The notes under the pieces were generated by a model. It did no database searches and was not told the origin of the DNA. It saw only the letters and a list, made by a program, of their open reading frames with translations. DNA of 64,000 nt from a virus: positions 1,802 through 65,801 of the IMG/VR virus record IMGVR_UViG_3300015242_000023. One strand, written 5' to 3'. The first letter of the stretch is position 1. The number at the start of each line of letters is the position of its first letter. Shown here one piece after another: positions 63,844 through 64,000 of the stretch. The position numbers were made by a program, and so were the translations under genes.

Positions 63844-64000
63844 GGCTCAATCCACCTCTGCCTTGACCGAGGCCAGTTTCTCGAGCGCCCATTGGTGACC
63901 CTTCGCCAGCGCGAACAGGAGATCGTTGCAGCCTTCCTCGTAGCCTCTTGAGAAGCCAGCGTAGAAACAGGCGTGCTCTGCCTCGGTCGTGGGGTTCGCC

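Overview
The whole window reads as the genome of one tailed dsDNA phage. It is GC-rich and probably infects an alphaproteobacterium (inferred from a GapR-like gene and general gene content). It looks podovirus-like: there is no tape-measure, tail-tube or sheath gene, but there are a P22 gp10/T7 gp12-like nozzle and large ejection proteins. The + strand from about 2.6 to 18.9 kb carries early/middle genes (GapR-like, RuvC-like, DNA methyltransferase, replication initiator, GIY-YIG nuclease) and a sugar-modification cluster (TPR-GT9 glycosyltransferase, hldE, hldD, SAM methyltransferase, GT2). The - strand from about 60.4 to 18.9 kb carries the morphogenesis module: terS, intein-containing terL, portal, GroES-like protein, scaffold, capsid, a GT2-GT2-TPR enzyme, Gly-X-Thr collagen fibres, lysis genes, nozzle, ejection proteins and a tail fibre. 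No integrase, DNA polymerase, primase, helicase or CRISPR array was recognised. Highlights: (1) a complete tRNA-Trp(CCA) lies in frame inside the hldE interdomain linker and has a 4-bp anticodon stem; (2) a phage-encoded ADP-heptose/glycosyltransferase set may glycosylate the virion; (3) a GGR-x5-GG motif recurs seven times across three internal virion proteins; (4) a non-canonical tRNA-Gly-like RNA with a 5' hairpin precedes the capsid operon; (5) the TerL intein starts with Pro and has Cys at block F4. All protein-family calls come from motif recognition by eye, not from database searches.
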